Position numbers and translations under genes: made by a program | Part shown: one piece after another, positions 55,874-64,000 of the stretch | Position numbering within the stretch: position 1 is the first letter of the stretch | Layout: every line of letters begins with the position of its first letter | The notes under the pieces: generated by a model | The model's database searches: none | Seen by the model: the letters and a program-made list of their open reading frames with translations, nothing else | Told to the model about the DNA's origin: nothing | IMG/VR virus record: IMGVR_UViG_3300023179_000029 | Span: 63,399 to 127,398 of that record | Strand: one strand, 5' to 3' | Length of the DNA: 64,000 nt | DNA from: a virus

Positions 55874-56013
55874 GGGGAGGGGGCCAACGACAACCCCCTC
55901 CCCGTTTGCGCAAGTTTTATCTTGCGACCTGAGTTCTCGGTACTCAGGGCTTTTATTGCCGAAGTGACCAGCTTCGGCGGGTGAGGGAGTGAAGGAGGAA
56001 AATCTCCCTCACC
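55874..56013 (-). ncRNA. Candidate five-hairpin sRNA/leader with anti-SD loop
   Basis: Five abutting stems; TTGAAT-N16-TAAGAT promoter at 56020-56047. Confidence 0.5.
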
Positions 56014-56043
56014 ACCTTGATCTTAGCATAAATTTACTAAGAT

Positions 56044-56277
56044 TCAAGACTCATCAACGTATCCGATCATATCAACGGCAAAATTAAGTAGTAGCTTAGA
56101 CGCTTTAATTTGACTTTGCGCCTCTTTAAGCTCTAGCTCCGCCATATCAAGATCGACCAGCATCATGCTGCGAGCAAATTCATTTTTTTCAATTGCCCGA
56201 CGATTGATTTCTTTTGTTACAATGTTTATTGCAGAAACAATCTGGTCAATCGTGTTATCTGTTTCAACAATAATCAT
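56044..56277 (-). CDS. Hypothetical coiled-coil protein
   Basis: ORF track, coupled. Confidence 0.6.
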   Translation of the reverse strand: MIIVETDNTIDQIVSAINIVTKEINRRAIEKNEFARSMMLVDLDMAELELKEAQSQIKASKLLLNFAVDMIGYVDES

Positions 56278-56456
56278 GCTTTGTCACGTTCGGGATCATG
56301 CTTCGGCGGCTTAGTTCCCATAAATGCCGGGTGCATGGTGCGGGCGACCGGGAAAGGCTTATCAAGCATATGATTCTGCTTGTAAATCGTGACAGGCTGG
56401 CCCGTCTGCTGTGCCTCTGCGATTGCTGCATCCCACTTCTTTAGAAAATTACTCAT
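56274..56456 (-). CDS. Hypothetical protein
   Basis: MSNFLKKWDAA; SD AAGGAG. Confidence 0.6.
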   Translation of the reverse strand: MSNFLKKWDAAIAEAQQTGQPVTIYKQNHMLDKPFPVARTMHPAFMGTKPPKHDPERDKA

Positions 56457-56473
56457 TTGTTTCTCCTTGTTAT

Positions 56474-56836
56474 TTAGTACCTGAAAAGGTATGTTGTGCC
56501 TTGCCACTCAACTTCTGAGAAGTCCATCTTAAGTTCCTCAGCCGCAGCATCCCAATCAATATGACTTATCGGCCAATCGTAGCTGCTCACAGTGACAGCG
56601 CCAATATCGCTAGCGAACTCCTCAGCATACTGAGTAAAATCATCCTCTGCGATAAAATAAATTAGGTTTTTTGCAGCAGATTCTAGATCCATTCCAAGCT
56701 CGCTTTCAAGCTCATTAATTTCATCAAGCTCGTATTGAGCCTCCTTTTGCTCGTCTACAGAATATTGCTCGTCCTCGTCATTAAGGATTTCTACAAGCTC
56801 GTTCCTGCGCTCCAATACTTCATCAATGTCTAGCAT
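56474..56836 (-). CDS. ArdA-like acidic antirestriction (DNA-mimic) protein
   Basis: Very acidic; FTQYAEE...IDWDAAAEEL..DF.....G..YLFR resembles ArdA C-terminus. Confidence 0.6.
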   Translation of the reverse strand: MLDIDEVLERRNELVEILNDEDEQYSVDEQKEAQYELDEINELESELGMDLESAAKNLIYFIAEDDFTQYAEEFASDIGAVTVSSYDWPISHIDWDAAAEELKMDFSEVEWQGTTYLFRY

Positions 56837-56872
56837 AGTTAATTCCTTTGGTCGTATTTAACTGCTGCGTAC

Positions 56873-56906
56873 AGCATAACAGATCAAGAGTAAGGGTTTG
56901 GTAAAA
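56873..56906 (-). promoter_or_regulatory. Direct-repeat promoter 18
   Basis: TTTACC-N5-CTTACT-N10-TATGCT. Confidence 0.7.
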
Positions 56907-56907
56907 C

Positions 56908-57123
56908 CTACTCGTCCTCGCTAAAGGTTGGCAGCGGCTCTGCAAAATGACTCATGTACATATCCACTGCCTGAATTACTTGATTGTAAAGGCTGGCAGC
57001 ATGAGGCTCAATAAACTCATTATGCTCCTGAGTCCATTCGATGCCTTCATCCTCTGCCTGCTGCTTGTAACTATCCCTGAGATAATTGTCAATAGCCTCA
57101 TAGATTAAATTCTTGTCACTCAT
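56908..57123 (-). CDS. Acidic protein, YxxxAxDxG(L/I/V)EW family copy 2
   Basis: SD GAGGAGG. Confidence 0.65.
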   Translation of the reverse strand: MSDKNLIYEAIDNYLRDSYKQQAEDEGIEWTQEHNEFIEPHAASLYNQVIQAVDMYMSHFAEPLPTFSEDE

Positions 57124-57340
57124 TCTCGTCCTCCTCAATTGCTTCGGCAAGGCCCGGAAGCTCTGGTGCCTCTATATTATACCAATTGCTTTTACTGTCC
57201 TCAAGATAACTGCAAAGGTCGCTTGCCGCATCTTCTACAAACTTGTCATGCTCGGCAGTCCACTCTACACCATAATCTACTGCTTCGGCGTGATAGTGAC
57301 CATAAACCTCGTCAAAGATATACTGATATCTAATTGCCAT
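57116..57340 (-). CDS. Acidic protein, YxxxAxDxG(L/I/V)EW family copy 3
   Basis: SD AAGGAG. Confidence 0.65.
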   Translation of the reverse strand: MAIRYQYIFDEVYGHYHAEAVDYGVEWTAEHDKFVEDAASDLCSYLEDSKSNWYNIEAPELPGLAEAIEEDENE

Positions 57341-57471
57341 CGTCGTCCATCTCCTTGTCGTAATCAACAATTACACACCCACAGTCCATGCACTCTACCG
57401 CAACATTAACGGGTTTATCTGTGCCATAGGTCACACACTCCAAATCGTGACCCACATGATTAATGAGATCC

Positions 57472-57708
57472 TCAAAATGATTTACCATCATATTCCTTAT
57501 AGTTCACATCAAGAAGCTTGTCATTTGCTTCCAGATAATCATATGCCGTCTGTACCATTAGCTCGTCCGGCACCTCGCGCTGCCAATATACCAGATTGGG
57601 AAGCGGGCCGCCATGCGCCTTGATTTCTGTCACGATGCCCCTGTCACGGTCAGCCCGTGACAGGAAACACCAATCGCCGTTGTCGCTGCTAAAGCCGTAA
57701 ACGATCAT
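57472..57708 (-). CDS. Hypothetical protein
   Basis: ATGA coupling. Confidence 0.6.
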   Translation of the reverse strand: MIVYGFSSDNGDWCFLSRADRDRGIVTEIKAHGGPLPNLVYWQREVPDELMVQTAYDYLEANDKLLDVNYKEYDGKSF

Positions 57709-58307
57709 GTGTGAACATCCACAGACAGGATAGCAAGCCCGTAGTCCTCGCCGTCCGTCAGGTCAAAGGTGCGAGCCGTGTAAGGCGTCACATCCCAAGC
57801 GTTGAAGAACGGGGGATTGAAATACTTATCCAGAAACCGCTCATAAGTCTCAGCAAGCCACGGACGAGTGTAGGACAGCTTCCAATCCTCAAAACCATCA
57901 TCGGTGCCAGCATAACTATTTGCAAGCGCCTCACGGATGGCACCAGCGGCATCCTCAATTGACTCAAACTCGCGGAAATTGTCGCGGGGCGTATCAGTAA
58001 GAATGTTGATCCTGTTATTGATATCCCAATACAAAGACTTGTATGCGGCATCAACAGCGGCATCAAAATTCCAGCTATCCCTATCGTCAATCCAAGCGTC
58101 CACACCACCGCGATAATTGTCAGAGCTAAATTCGGCAGGGTGGCCGTCCTTGTAAGTCAAAGCCAGCGGTGTGTACCAATTGTTGTCATCAAACTTATGA
58201 TCAACATAGTCAGCAAACTGCTCATGCTCTGTGGCAAAAATCTTGCCGTCTTGATAAATCATATCATCTTCATCAAGATTGATTAGGAAATGATTAAGTG
58301 AATGCAT
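57705..58307 (-). CDS. Hypothetical acidic protein
   Basis: SD AAGGAG; DDNNWY and C-terminal VDVHT motifs. Confidence 0.7.
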   Translation of the reverse strand: MHSLNHFLINLDEDDMIYQDGKIFATEHEQFADYVDHKFDDNNWYTPLALTYKDGHPAEFSSDNYRGGVDAWIDDRDSWNFDAAVDAAYKSLYWDINNRINILTDTPRDNFREFESIEDAAGAIREALANSYAGTDDGFEDWKLSYTRPWLAETYERFLDKYFNPPFFNAWDVTPYTARTFDLTDGEDYGLAILSVDVHT

Positions 58308-58337
58308 TTAATTCTCCTTAGTGGTTGTCGTGCTTAC

Positions 58338-58370
58338 ACGGTAGCAGGTCGTAGGTAAAGGGTTGGCAAA
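58338..58370 (-). promoter_or_regulatory. Direct-repeat promoter 19
   Basis: TTTGCC-N5-TTTACC-N10-TACCGT. Confidence 0.8.
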
Positions 58371-58565
58371 TCAGCCAACCCCTACCTTTGCGAGCTTCCG
58401 TTCGATGTAAGAAACAATCGAATCCGCATTAGCAATATCGCCTTCGATGTACCTGATTGCTTCATCTGTGTTCTGCTGAGTTTCCAGAACATTATGAAGC
58501 TCCTCCGCGTAACTATTTGCGATGCGGATAATTTCTACTGCAACATCAATATCTACTTCAATCAT
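58371..58565 (-). CDS. Hypothetical protein
   Basis: SD AGGAGG. Confidence 0.65.
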   Translation of the reverse strand: MIEVDIDVAVEIIRIANSYAEELHNVLETQQNTDEAIRYIEGDIANADSIVSYIERKLAKVGVG

Positions 58566-58794
58566 TATTTACCTCCTGAATCATCCAGTCAAGAAAATGA
58601 CCGTCGCCTCGTTCACACTCTTCAAGCAAATTATGCAGGTATTCGTCCATCACATGAGAGTATTCAAGCCTGCCCTCAATACGCTCACCCTCGTAATCAA
58701 TTACCTCGCGGACGGCATCGGCCTCAGTCGGTGCCTCAACCTCAACCGTCTGGTAATGAATTTCTGGTACTTGAATATGATACTTCGGCATCAA
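58558..58794 (-). CDS. Hypothetical protein
   Basis: VEVEAPTEADA motif; coupled. Confidence 0.6.
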   Translation of the reverse strand: MMPKYHIQVPEIHYQTVEVEAPTEADAVREVIDYEGERIEGRLEYSHVMDEYLHNLLEECERGDGHFLDWMIQEVNND

Positions 58795-59204
58795 AGATCC
58801 TCCTCGTCACAATTGCAGTAGTCGTAGCTCAGGTCTGTGCCGCACTCAGGGCAAAGATCATCCTCGTTCACGGGATCAAAATCAATTGTGAGCGTCTTGA
58901 TCCTGCCGTTGCGGTCAAGCTCTGCGTACACGGGGTACAGACCATCGCCGTATGCGGTGCGGGAAGCAATTGCGAGCTTCTGGCCGTATGCGTTTCTGAG
59001 AGCGCCATAGCCTTCCTTGCTCAGAGTTGCGTTACAGCACCCATCGTAATTCATTTCGTATGAATCCTGCGTGGGCGCGTCGTCAAACTCGCCAAGCTGA
59101 CCCGGATCGAATTCCTTGACGAAATCAGTGTTGATGTAGCAGGGATCAATAATCATTACCTGCCCGCTATCAACGGCGATCTCACCAATCTTTGTCTTTG
59201 TCAT
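58791..59204 (-). CDS. DUF4241-like protein
   Basis: IAVDSGQVMIIDPCY...TAYGDGLYPVY. Confidence 0.65.
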   Translation of the reverse strand: MTKTKIGEIAVDSGQVMIIDPCYINTDFVKEFDPGQLGEFDDAPTQDSYEMNYDGCCNATLSKEGYGALRNAYGQKLAIASRTAYGDGLYPVYAELDRNGRIKTLTIDFDPVNEDDLCPECGTDLSYDYCNCDEEDL

Positions 59205-59458
59205 GCTACTTCTCCTTTCACAACATCCTGAGATGTGTAATTGTCGTAGTTGTCAATGGCGGCTTGAATCCAAGCCTGCCGGTTGTATGTATTGCGGTCC
59301 TCAACGATATCACAGTCGCCACAGACAAGGGTACCATATCCCTGAGCCTCACCGGGGGCAATAAGCTCAATGGTTCCATCATCAAATACAGCGCGAACCT
59401 CAACATCCATGCTAAGAAATACCGCGTCACTGGTACAGCTAGGGCATACTGCTTTCAT
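59201..59458 (-). CDS. Zn-ribbon protein
   Basis: CPSC...CGDC; SD AAGGAG. Confidence 0.65.
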   Translation of the reverse strand: MKAVCPSCTSDAVFLSMDVEVRAVFDDGTIELIAPGEAQGYGTLVCGDCDIVEDRNTYNRQAWIQAAIDNYDNYTSQDVVKGEVA

Positions 59459-59493
59459 TTGTTACTCCTTTGTCGTATTGAATAACTGAATAC

Positions 59494-59527
59494 AAGGTAT
59501 CAGGTTGCGGGTAAAGACTTAGTAAAG
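59494..59527 (-). promoter_or_regulatory. Direct-repeat promoter 20
   Basis: TTTACT-N5-TTTACC-N10-TACCTT. Confidence 0.8.
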
Positions 59528-59926
59528 GTGTCCCGTACTCGAAAACGGGTTCTCCATAATCTTTGCCCGAATCTTCTCCAGATCAGCAAGCTCATGCTGT
59601 GGCCTGTCCCTGCGATTGGTAAGCTGATCTTGAATGTATCGGAGCTTACTTACCGTGTTTGGGCGGGCATCAGTCGAATGACGGTCGGGGCTATTCACCT
59701 GCATACGCGGATCATTAATTACCGCTTCAACCTTCTCAGCCCAAATCTTTTCTTCTGCTGACTTCTTGCTTGCCCTTGCGGCATGGGCGGCCTCCAAGCC
59801 ACTCAGCCCGCTGCTCACGGCCTTTGGTTCGCTATGCTCAGGGCAATTAATAGGAATGCGACCGCGCTGTGACGGGCGCTCCCAAGTGTGATTGCCAGCT
59901 TCACAATGCAGCGTTCTCATAGTCAT
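59519..59926 (-). CDS. Hypothetical protein with C-H-C-H / RGRxP motif
   Basis: CEAGNHTWERPSQRGRIPINCPEH; SD AAGGAG. Confidence 0.7.
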   Translation of the reverse strand: MTMRTLHCEAGNHTWERPSQRGRIPINCPEHSEPKAVSSGLSGLEAAHAARASKKSAEEKIWAEKVEAVINDPRMQVNSPDRHSTDARPNTVSKLRYIQDQLTNRRDRPQHELADLEKIRAKIMENPFSSTGHLY

Positions 59927-59955
59927 AATGATCTCCTTGATCGTTGGTTAGAACC

Positions 59956-59989
59956 ATCGTAGCACATCTTCTGTAAAGACTTGGTAAAG
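59956..59989 (-). promoter_or_regulatory. Direct-repeat promoter 21
   Basis: TTTACC-N5-TTTACA-N10-TACGAT. Confidence 0.8.
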
Positions 59990-60072
59990 AGAGGACGCCG
60001 CGAGGGGGAGTATGGTCTTTTATATCCTGAGCTAACGGGGAGGGGGCGTTAGCTGGAATCCTCATTTATTAC

Positions 60073-61059
60073 TTAAGCGTTCAGGACGAGTTCAAAGCCC
60101 CGCTGCTTAATTGCATTATCATCAAATGACCGGGCGACCTGATTGCCACGCTTAGTCATTTTGCGACCGAAATCGGCGTACTCTGCGATTGCGTTGGCCG
60201 CACACCACTTGGTACCCGGAGCGTTGCCGGTAGTGTCACCACGGACGCCTTCGCCACGATAAATCGTCATAATGGCGTTCTTGGCAACTTCACGATTAGT
60301 TACAGCACGATCACCCATGCTGCCCTCAACCGGGTACAGAGCATCAAGCACACCGTTCATCTGGCGCTCAGAAAACTTTGTAAGAGCCATAGTGTCACCA
60401 AGCTGCTTGAACTGCTTGTAGTAATCAATAGTAATGCCCATTACATTACGAGCCTCATGGAGCTTACTATTAACATTACCTGTGTGCCTGACTGTATAGC
60501 TGCGCTGACCAGCCTTAGCCCTGCTGACTGCCCACCCAAGAGTATTCGCGCAAACAATGCGAACCGGGCTGACTGAAACAAGGCAAGCGGACTTGCCATC
60601 ATGGGCGTTGGCAATAAATACATACTGACCAACATTGTCACCCGCTACCTCAATGTATTCGGGCAGACGACACAGCACCCATACCTTCTTGCCCCCGTGA
60701 AGGGAACCGGCGGTTTCATAATGCATCTGCGAACCAATAAGATTATCCATGAAAGAAAACGCCTCATGGTTCTGAATCGGCTTGTAACGCTCAGTAACTA
60801 CACCAAGCGGCTCATTGGTATCCTCACGAACATTCAGCCAAAAGTTATCTGCCTGAGCGTATGTGGTGATTTCGTGACCGCTAACATCGGTAATCACAGG
60901 GTAGTGAACAGGGCGCTGGATAATATTCCAATCAAGACCAGAAAGCTCAAGTGCCTCCTTGATAGAACCGGGGTACTGATCGAGAACCTGTCCCAGACCA
61001 TGCCACGGCATTTCGCGGACGCTAAACATAGTGTCCTTGTCGGTGATTCCATGTGCCAT
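60073..61059 (-). CDS. DUF932 / phage-plasmid LGT family protein
   Basis: PWHGLG, YKPIQN.EAF, ETAGSL.GG, NAHDG, RIVCANT, RHT, GTKW..ANAIAEY. Confidence 0.9.
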   Translation of the reverse strand: MAHGITDKDTMFSVREMPWHGLGQVLDQYPGSIKEALELSGLDWNIIQRPVHYPVITDVSGHEITTYAQADNFWLNVREDTNEPLGVVTERYKPIQNHEAFSFMDNLIGSQMHYETAGSLHGGKKVWVLCRLPEYIEVAGDNVGQYVFIANAHDGKSACLVSVSPVRIVCANTLGWAVSRAKAGQRSYTVRHTGNVNSKLHEARNVMGITIDYYKQFKQLGDTMALTKFSERQMNGVLDALYPVEGSMGDRAVTNREVAKNAIMTIYRGEGVRGDTTGNAPGTKWCAANAIAEYADFGRKMTKRGNQVARSFDDNAIKQRGFELVLNA

Positions 61060-61100
61060 TTGTTGCTCCTTTGTTTAGTTTGTAATCAACTGCTGGATAC

Positions 61101-61128
61101 AGCATAGCAGGTTTGTATTCAATTGCAA
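61101..61128 (-). promoter_or_regulatory. Sigma70-type promoter of DUF932 gene
   Basis: TTGCAA-N16-TATGCT with TG extension. Confidence 0.55.
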
Positions 61129-61244
61129 GATGTCTTGTAATTCCCTGTATTTGCAGGTCATTTTGACTATCTAATCAAAATTTTGTATGAATCTAGTTTG
61201 ATAGCCTTATATATTTTTATCTAACAATAATGTAATAATTGATC

Positions 61245-61400
61245 ATGAGTTTATTGAGAATTGACAACCAACTAAACAGGGTCTGGATTCTCAATAAAAG
61301 AATTCATCATGGAGCCGTAGGATTTGTTTCTACAGTCGTAGGAATCGCCCTGATGAAGCATGATTGGAAAGATTTTCCGTGGCTTCGTGATAATGATTAG
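61245..61400 (+). CDS. Small membrane protein (51 aa)
   Basis: MSLLRIDNQ...RIHHGAVGFVSTVVGIALMKHDW. Confidence 0.55.
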   Translation: MSLLRIDNQLNRVWILNKRIHHGAVGFVSTVVGIALMKHDWKDFPWLRDND

Positions 61401-61428
61401 GATTACGAACAGTAAATAGTAGATACCT

Positions 61429-61857
61429 ATGTTATTAGCATCGTTTTCAAACTTTATGGGACAGCCACTTCCCCTTGTTATCTTTGAATTGATTGGTTCA
61501 AGCTTAGCCGCTTACGGTCTTTTTTCTTACATTAAAAATGTTAATGTTAAATCACAATTAACTGCAAAAGATACAATTATTGAAACAAATCAGCAGACAA
61601 TCGCATCATTCGGAGAGCGACTAGATTCACTTGAGGCTCAAGTTAAAGCTCTTGAGGAAGAAAACACTGTTCTTAAAGCTGAATTAACTAATTGGGAAGA
61701 GAAATATAAATCTCTTGAAAACTTTGCTGCTCCGCAATTAGGTGAAAAACTAATTGCAATGTTCCAACAACAGGAGGATCTGTTAAGTAAAATGGTGAGT
61801 GCATTAGAAGGAATCCAAGCTAAACTCGATTCCTTTGATGAACAGCAGAGTGAGTAA
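61429..61857 (+). CDS. Membrane-anchored coiled-coil protein (possible holin-associated)
   Basis: One N-terminal TM segment then heptad repeats. Confidence 0.6.
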   Translation: MLLASFSNFMGQPLPLVIFELIGSSLAAYGLFSYIKNVNVKSQLTAKDTIIETNQQTIASFGERLDSLEAQVKALEEENTVLKAELTNWEEKYKSLENFAAPQLGEKLIAMFQQQEDLLSKMVSALEGIQAKLDSFDEQQSE

Positions 61858-64000
61858 TGTGGGACTTTTCTTTTCAAAAAGAATCTACTAATAACCACCA
61901 TTGGAGGCCGGGAAGCCTCGGTGCTGGTTATATCACCGCGCCAACAAATACGCCAGATTCTTTTGATTTATTACAAATGGATGTGACCACTTGGGTCATT
62001 GGTCCAGATCAAACGCAGGATGTTCACCGCGAATATATGCGCAGTCGTCCTGTTACTCCTATCCTATTTCAATTTTATATCAGTCCTACGGGCGGAATAC
62101 ATGATGGCGGCAAGGGATTTAAAAACCGCACAGGTAAGCCTGTAAAGGCCGTCATTAATTATTTACATCGTCTTGACAACCGTTTATACAACGGTCATGA
62201 TGAGATTAAAGTTAATCGTTTAAGTAATGCAGAGATAGACTCTGCTCTTCACTTTAATACTAAAACAGGCGAGCCATGTTATTGCGGATTTGGTCAAAGC
62301 AGAAAAACTAAATCTTTGATGAGAGAAGCCAACCTTAAGTATAAGGATCTTAAACGCGGGGAAGTTCCAAAATGGATGGACGAAGATGAAGCACAACAAT
62401 TACAAAAGTTTTTAACTGCCATTGTTGAAGGCGGCACCGGATACAGGGCCACACCCGGAATCAAAAAGATTGTTCCATGGCTTATTCAGCAATTAAAAAC
62501 TGGATCTTTAAAATTCAATAATGGAAAAAATGAGGACGAGCGTTTTTCACGCGATCCATATTTTGTAATCATGGAAGAAGGTCCAAATCAAGCCAAAAGG
62601 TTAGGTTTTGATCAATTAGAAGCTATTAGCAATTTGTTTAATGCTGAGGATTCTCCTTATCGTTTAAAAATTGACACTTGTGAAACTTGTAATGGCAGTG
62701 GATCATATACACGTAAAGGCGATCAAGTGCCTTCAATGTGTGAAAAATGTCAAGGTTGGGGTACTCGTCCAAGTGGTAATGAAAAGGCTGATTTAAATCA
62801 ATTGGGACCAAATGATATTTGGAAAAGAACTCAACGTCATGGCGAATGGGTAGAAGAAAGAAAAGAAATTGCCGAAAACAAAGAACGAGTAAAAAGTCAA
62901 GAGATTACACATAAATTTGATAATGGTTGGTATGTAACCAAACTTAATCCAAGCGCCGAAGAAGCAGAGTGGGAGGGTATTGCTCAAGGTAATTGTTTTC
63001 AAAGCGATGCACAACCTTACCAAAGTGCTGTGGCAGATGGCAGGCTTACTGTTTATGTATTAAGAGATAAAGATGGGCGCGGCCATGCTTTATGGGCATA
63101 TGACCTTAATGGAAACATTGCCGTCATGGAAGACTCTAGTAAAATGTATAACACGGAAGGATTCAATTGGGCGGGTTATCGAATTAATAATCAGTGGATT
63201 CGGGATATGGTTAGTAATGCAAATCACGCGATGGGTCTTGATGACACTTATAACGGTTACAACCATGATTTTGAAGAGTTAGAAGAGGAGTACGAAACGG
63301 ACTATCAATTACATCGGGTTGACACCATTGGAGAATTATTTGAACAATACGAAGAAAATGCAGATTTATTTAATTTGGCGTTAAATCAAATAGACAACGA
63401 TAACAACGATGTAAATATTAATGGATTGACCATAATTCATGTAGGCGACATTAATTGGCAAAGCGTGGCGTATGATTTCTTTGGCGAATCCGGGTGGCCC
63501 GTTGCTGAAAGACTTATTGAGTTAAATATAATAACCGCCATTGCAGCGAAGCATCCTGAAATTTTCTTTGACGATTTTGTTACAGCTTTTGACCAAGAGG
63601 CTCAGGGTTTTGAAGCGACTGCACAAGCAAATGGAGAAGAGGATAAAGAAGTAGAAGCTTGGAAACAATGGAAAGAATTACACGCCAATCCATTTACTGG
63701 AGAAATTGAATCTCCCCGAGATGCTTTTGAATATGGTTATCCACACAGGACTCCTGAACCATTAACGAACACAGGATGGGAGTTTGAATATCCAACAGCG
63801 GAACAAGTAACACAATGGCGTGGCGTAATGCCCGCAAGCGTTGATCCCCTACTGCTACGCGGAGAACCAGTCAAAGAAATGATTAAATGTATATATTGTG
63901 ATGGCACCGGAGAATCAAACCTTCGGGACGGGCCATGTAATATGTGCCTAGGCGAGGGGGTAATGGAAGCTGGAGTAAGTTTTCCGAGTATTGAAAAGCG
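61857..64000 (+). CDS. Large multidomain protein, truncated by window edge (DnaJ-type Zn fingers, PcfJ-like domain)
   Basis: Starts MWDFSFQKES; CETCNGSG/CEKCQGWG; EWEGIAQGNCF...VYVLRDKDGRGH; CYICDGTG/CNMCLGEG; absent from ORF track because no stop in window. Confidence 0.75.
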   Translation, partial: MWDFSFQKESTNNHHWRPGSLGAGYITAPTNTPDSFDLLQMDVTTWVIGPDQTQDVHREYMRSRPVTPILFQFYISPTGGIHDGGKGFKNRTGKPVKAVINYLHRLDNRLYNGHDEIKVNRLSNAEIDSALHFNTKTGEPCYCGFGQSRKTKSLMREANLKYKDLKRGEVPKWMDEDEAQQLQKFLTAIVEGGTGYRATPGIKKIVPWLIQQLKTGSLKFNNGKNEDERFSRDPYFVIMEEGPNQAKRLGFDQLEAISNLFNAEDSPYRLKIDTCETCNGSGSYTRKGDQVPSMCEKCQGWGTRPSGNEKADLNQLGPNDIWKRTQRHGEWVEERKEIAENKERVKSQEITHKFDNGWYVTKLNPSAEEAEWEGIAQGNCFQSDAQPYQSAVADGRLTVYVLRDKDGRGHALWAYDLNGNIAVMEDSSKMYNTEGFNWAGYRINNQWIRDMVSNANHAMGLDDTYNGYNHDFEELEEEYETDYQLHRVDTIGELFEQYEENADLFNLALNQIDNDNNDVNINGLTIIHVGDINWQSVAYDFFGESGWPVAERLIELNIITAIAAKHPEIFFDDFVTAFDQEAQGFEATAQANGEEDKEVEAWKQWKELHANPFTGEIESPRDAFEYGYPHRTPEPLTNTGWEFEYPTAEQVTQWRGVMPASVDPLLLRGEPVKEMIKCIYCDGTGESNLRDGPCNMCLGEGVMEAGVSFPSIEK

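Noticed and set aside
62793-63282. Short ORFs listed at 62793-63023 and 63073-63282
   Set aside because: They overlap the long ORF 61857->64000 that the track omitted
1-64000. Alternative genetic code / stop-codon reassignment
   Set aside because: Long genes translate intact with the standard code and end in TAA, TAG and TGA with normal coupling

Overview
64 kb of a large lytic myovirus genome. 1-31.6 kb (minus strand) is a virion morphogenesis module whose major capsid protein, prohead protease/scaffold and gene order resemble the Bxz1-like (mycobacteriophage cluster C) myoviruses: tail chaperone with a -1 frameshift, tail tube, sheath, neck proteins, capsid, decoration protein, protease, large internal-type proteins, tail fibres, and a nested GH5/SGNH protein. 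31.6-44.7 kb mixes large multidomain proteins with MazG-like, pyrimidine-dimer-glycosylase-like and thyX genes. 45.2-61.1 kb is an early/host-takeover region of small genes. Its main signal is 21 copies of a fixed-geometry promoter, TTTACC-N5-TTTACC-N10-TAnnnT (Pho-box/MotA-like architecture, no -35). Several copies drive no ORF but G-rich short units, or a highly structured ~310-nt candidate ncRNA, and a winged-helix gene carries a four-box version. A recurrent K/R-x-A/S motif in the head-region and polyvalent proteins suggests protease-processed virion cargo. The host is probably an actinobacterium (possibly Thermoleophilia), by inference. No tRNA, rRNA, CRISPR array or integrase was seen. 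Family calls come from motif recognition by eye, not from database searches.
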